A program made the position numbers and the translations under genes. A model generated the notes under the pieces. The model saw only the letters and a list, made by a program, of their open reading frames with translations, ran no database searches and had not been told where the DNA came from. A DNA stretch of 64,000 nt from a virus (Duplodnaviria; Caudoviricetes): the IMG/VR virus record IMGVR_UViG_3300043821_000026, positions 1 through 64,000 of that record, one strand, 5' to 3'. Below, one piece after another: positions 60,901 to 64,000 of the stretch. The stretch's first letter is position 1. Each line of letters begins with the position of its first letter.

Positions 60901-63900
60901 TTAATGTTACTAATAATAGTAAAAATGATAATGATGAATTTGGAGATTTATATTTAGATATTATACTACCTAAAGAATTAAGTGACTGTGTTATAGATGA
61001 TAAATACTTTAACTATCGAGATACTACATATCACAACATTATTACACTTAAAATACCTATACTAGATAAATGTAAAACTAATACTGTTTGCTTAGGTATT
61101 AAACCAAAAACAAAAGGTTCTTTCTCTACATTAATTGTATTATATGGAGATAATATTGACGTACAAACAAAAAGATTAACTATAAATGTTGATGATGTAT
61201 TTCCAGAATATCAACTAGAACATTATTTAAGTATATATAACTTTGAACGTAGTAATAAATATTATACATATCAAAGTATCTATGGAGCAACCGATTTACA
61301 AAAACTATTCCATAAAGGTGATAGGTCACTTCGTATGATTGAAAGAAATCCATATAGTGTCAAAACAAGTGAAACATATACTGGATTTAATTTAAAAGAT
61401 TTATGTTCAGACATTGAAAATTCTCGTTATATTAAACCAGTATTTTTACGTGAAGGAACTAATCAGTTAAAGAATGACTTATACCAAATATATCCTGATG
61501 GATTTATTCGTAGATTTGGTTTATTACAATCAGAGATATATCATAATACTGGAGTATTACCAAAAACAGTTGACATGATTGATAGTGTTATGAAATGGGA
61601 TGTCGACAATTGGGATTCTAAATTATGGGGAGGAGATATTTGGGATAGTGGTGTATTTAAAATTAGTATTGACTATTCTAAAATCCCATCTAATTTTAAT
61701 AGAATTAAAATGCCTCAATTACAAAATATTGTTAATGAAACAAAACCATATGGATTAAAAGGTATTGCATATTATTCTGATACTGAAGAATTTAGATTAA
61801 AAATAAAAATGAAAGATATTGCAACTACATTAATAAATAGCTGTAAATTTTTATTATCAAATATTGATATGGGTATACTTTCAAAATATATATATTCAGA
61901 TGGTAGATTAATAATGAATGATAACTCTGTAACATTTGATATGAATAAAATTAATTTAATATTCAATGATATTAAATATAAAACATATTCTCAAACATCA
62001 AGTAAAAATAATCGTAATGCATTTGGATTATTACCAAAAATGGATGTTAGTGCTTATTATTTCCAAACAAAATATTATCAAAACAAAATATCTGAATATA
62101 ATGATATTTTTAATTTTAATAATTTATCTAAATTTACTTTAACAAAAATCGTTAATAATAAAAAAGATTCAAAATATCATTACAGTATTGATAAAAAGTC
62201 ATATAATATTAATAATGCAAGTAATGATATTCATTCAACTGTTAAAAGTGAATTGATTAAAGACCCATTATTATCAAATGAATATCAATTATTATATGCA
62301 TTCAATGAAGATATAGTAAATAATACTGAATTTGGTGTGTATTTAGAGGATGATAGTGGAAAAAATATATTAAGAGCTTGTAGATTTAGAGATTTAGTTT
62401 CTGGACAAGATGGATTTAGATTAATGTTAAATGATGATGTTTTAAATCTAGTTAATATTAATAATAAAGTATATAGCTTCCAAATATTAGTACAAAGAAG
62501 TCAAGATGATTATTTACATTTCTTTTATATAATCAATAATGAAAACATAGCATATCATTTTGGTTTTTATAAAGATTATAATAGAATGAATAATCAAGGA
62601 GTTTATACATTAAAAACACGTAATATACCATCTACTAATAATTATAATTTTGATAATATATATGTTATATATGATGATTCAGATGTTACAGTTTCATTAT
62701 CAAATAATTATAAGACAATAACAAAATCTAATGATAATTGTATTCAAATTAAAGACGATATTATTTGGGATAATTTTAATAATTTATACAATAGTGGAGA
62801 ATATATTTCTTGTAAGTATTCTAATGATAAAGATAAAGAATGTATTTTAGGTAATAGTAAAAAATACACAAGCCCAATAGTTGCATGTTTTGATAATATT
62901 GATATTGATGATTCAGTACAAATTAAAGATATAGGAATAAAATTAAAGGCAGAAAGTAATAAATCAAACTTTATGAATGATATTGATGCAAGTATTATTT
63001 TAGATGGTAATTCTTACATACCAAAAGACGTTGGAAATAAAATCATTTATCCTAATAATGTTGCAAATATAGGGAAAGAATATTATCCATCAATTGATAT
63101 TGAAGAAGATAATGTTACATATTGTAATAATTGTGGTTCTAAATCAAATGGTATACATTCTTATTGTCCAGTATGCGAATCAACAGATGTTAAATTACTT
63201 ATAAGTACATATACTACTTGTCATCATTGTGGATTAAGTTCTAAAGGCTATTATACATTATGTCCTAATTGTAAGTCAAGCGATGTTACATATAATAATA
63301 TAAACAAAACATCTACATATTGTAATAATTGTAAAGATTTAATTGATGGATATTATGATATCTGTCCTCATTGTAAAAGTTCTGATACAGAAATTATAGG
63401 GGTAACATCAAATATAACACAATGTGATAATTGTGGACGTTTATCAGGTGGATTTTATTCATTATGTCCATTCTGTTTTTCACCAAATGTAGAATATAAA
63501 AATAGATTATCACAACAAGAATATAATTATAAGTTATATAGCAATGACGTAAAATATCCTTTTAACACTATACATTTTGATACAGATATTAATAAAGTAC
63601 AAGTTTGTGATTTAAAAATTAATATGAACAAAGATAGTCTTAATTTAGATAAATTATCATCTATGATATTACATATAAAAGGTAAAAATAATTTAGATTA
63701 CCAATTCCATGTATGTGGGGACTGTAATAATATCGGAGATGGTAAGCAAGATTACTGTTCATATTGTAATTCAGATAATGTTCAAAACTATGGAACTGAT
63801 TTTATTAAATTAATAGGATATGCAGTATTTGATGGTGTAATAAGTAATTTAAATATTGATTCACCTATTATTAATTATGGAGATTTTGATATATCTATTG

Positions 63901-64000
63901 ATATATTAAATTTAATAAAAAAGAATAAGAAAGAATCCTTTACTCTTAGATTCTTTATTCAAAATAATTATGAAAAATCATTATTACCTATTATTAATGG
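57978..64000 (+). CDS. Large (>2000 aa) adhesin-like virion protein with DUF11-like domains and zinc-ribbon repeats; 3'-truncated and absent from the ORF track
   Basis: ATG 57978 follows GAGGT (MFESYKTLPTVIEG...). The same frame reads cleanly where spot-checked, including 63120 and the window end (...QNNYEKSLLPIIN). The track reports no closed + ORF here. DUF11-like 'WNIGNLSVNEIKQLVITY' and 'PNVNELLDYTIEVTNN'. Five CxxC-x10-CxxC units. Confidence 0.85.
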   Translation, partial: MFESYKTLPTVIEGTTGHSTKYATQMLTNPNNLTSTDINLAYWGVKRPKYMGNYLRDWPDAVSSRNGSFFTPEKIIAKGFNKPSNVNDDGIIKSIKVIYKIGKISYSSKTAHGTFKAPTIELKNGNTSLSSIKGHAPPEDGIQNNSGENVNAKELKNTYTEPFDITNKILHIKDIPNLTVSFANTNNTSTNHCRVVMQYLQLEIEYEDTPCFRTSIAYSGDREKQLDSEFNVWVQVEGQNSISKNTHCEIKLPTGLEFDRNNIKTQYGDANNDVYRIMEKDGYNVIDWEVNQLNDTTVGTDIVGNINKIATAKIFIPVKATKTGEYTISSEVMEFADANYKGKDSRNFLVYKTTRTENLSLKLSQHLVNIGENVELDVFYTTNKGINGTVGIRSDTFNVKWYTYINGIETPIELPYTNNTYYFEVKTEEATTYVYKGIVDTSHSANGSFSAFKNDNTGATNTNAPSVSLTVQAPLFDRENLSLTVEDGTSVEYNHIIFTKGDDLEKPLIYKEYELDNSPVNKIRIEGHNKHIPLNQVQYVTFDVSLPKVDNIQDVISYKNLLFEPEIINQTDGTVDNIIVGCNSDISLLDSKYIVLNSISSGETKEIKLAVHSDVIKTDNITLLLYGKRTRMVKVTNTQKVTDDTANNIEKTTYTEYEETFSTPAKVLFEDLASLKLNIYNEQNIYDFTYNIDKYGDLFYTPFDLIYTVQNVSNIEAKNVKIKINEPQFFKIDNDKSSSNYNHETNIWNIGNLSVNEIKQLVITYTPTRKGIYQFSSQTIDSDKTFDDDIYQNEYRCNVMVDYVAKTNIVQNISNTQPNVNELLDYTIEVTNNTKTRNILTINIDDIGNFNDNHLGNHYQIESIDCEYGKFTKGTNKLIGTWVLENLGINKTYYLNLTLRPISTGSHDIRITSSEIDYSNTLIINILKNKAKVNMNAYQGIDLRTNKNTPALCTDYTQFCDDDFLSLGDEFGYVINVTNNSKNDNDEFGDLYLDIILPKELSDCVIDDKYFNYRDTTYHNIITLKIPILDKCKTNTVCLGIKPKTKGSFSTLIVLYGDNIDVQTKRLTINVDDVFPEYQLEHYLSIYNFERSNKYYTYQSIYGATDLQKLFHKGDRSLRMIERNPYSVKTSETYTGFNLKDLCSDIENSRYIKPVFLREGTNQLKNDLYQIYPDGFIRRFGLLQSEIYHNTGVLPKTVDMIDSVMKWDVDNWDSKLWGGDIWDSGVFKISIDYSKIPSNFNRIKMPQLQNIVNETKPYGLKGIAYYSDTEEFRLKIKMKDIATTLINSCKFLLSNIDMGILSKYIYSDGRLIMNDNSVTFDMNKINLIFNDIKYKTYSQTSSKNNRNAFGLLPKMDVSAYYFQTKYYQNKISEYNDIFNFNNLSKFTLTKIVNNKKDSKYHYSIDKKSYNINNASNDIHSTVKSELIKDPLLSNEYQLLYAFNEDIVNNTEFGVYLEDDSGKNILRACRFRDLVSGQDGFRLMLNDDVLNLVNINNKVYSFQILVQRSQDDYLHFFYIINNENIAYHFGFYKDYNRMNNQGVYTLKTRNIPSTNNYNFDNIYVIYDDSDVTVSLSNNYKTITKSNDNCIQIKDDIIWDNFNNLYNSGEYISCKYSNDKDKECILGNSKKYTSPIVACFDNIDIDDSVQIKDIGIKLKAESNKSNFMNDIDASIILDGNSYIPKDVGNKIIYPNNVANIGKEYYPSIDIEEDNVTYCNNCGSKSNGIHSYCPVCESTDVKLLISTYTTCHHCGLSSKGYYTLCPNCKSSDVTYNNINKTSTYCNNCKDLIDGYYDICPHCKSSDTEIIGVTSNITQCDNCGRLSGGFYSLCPFCFSPNVEYKNRLSQQEYNYKLYSNDVKYPFNTIHFDTDINKVQVCDLKINMNKDSLNLDKLSSMILHIKGKNNLDYQFHVCGDCNNIGDGKQDYCSYCNSDNVQNYGTDFIKLIGYAVFDGVISNLNIDSPIINYGDFDISIDILNLIKKNKKESFTLRFFIQNNYEKSLLPIIN

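Noticed and set aside
181-61966. Short minus-strand and nested alternate-frame ORFs in the track (e.g. 181..450, 8277..8867, 10132..10506, 18624..18902, 30816..31142, 61772..61966)
   Set aside because: They are shadows of long + strand genes, with no RBS or recognisable motif. Only 44830-44996 lies in free intergenic space.
1-64000. tRNA/rRNA genes, inteins or introns
   Set aside because: No GC-rich structured RNA-like segment, intein terminal motifs or intron-type gene interruptions were seen by eye. A tRNAscan/Infernal run would be needed to exclude them fully.

Overview
All substantial genes lie on the + strand. The window is a very AT-rich virion morphogenesis region of a large contractile-tailed (myovirus-type) dsDNA virus or provirus. 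The host is most likely a pseudomurein-walled methanogen (Methanobacteriales, e.g. Methanosphaera/Methanobrevibacter). Host evidence: TTTATATA TATA-box promoters, GGTGA/GAGGT ribosome-binding sites, a lysin with pseudomurein-binding repeats and a C39-like peptidase, and methanogen-type adhesin domains (Ig/Big, DUF11-like, GGAI beta-helix). Gene order: prohead protease/scaffold, decoration protein, major capsid protein, neck proteins, sheath, tube, tail assembly chaperone, 2628-aa tape measure, two paralogous baseplate hubs, spike, baseplate J and gp25-like wedges, a ~3770-aa wedge-adhesin, lysin, a four-cassette fibre/adhesin array interrupted by an IS200/IS605 (tnpA-tnpB) element, more adhesins, and a >2000-aa ORF that runs off the window and is missing from the ORF track. 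Highlights: (1) a +1 CCC-TGA frameshift that would fuse Ig-like domains to the capsid protein, and a -1 A-AAA-AAG frameshift in the chaperone; (2) twin hubs carrying different putative cell-wall-cutting domains; (3) four stalk + docking-motif-head gene pairs with unrelated payload domains, where nearly all apparent genetic lesions in the window cluster; (4) an IS inserted inside a copy of a repeated viral promoter, so its predicted TnpB guide is the promoter core. All family assignments come from motif recognition and synteny by eye; no database search was run.
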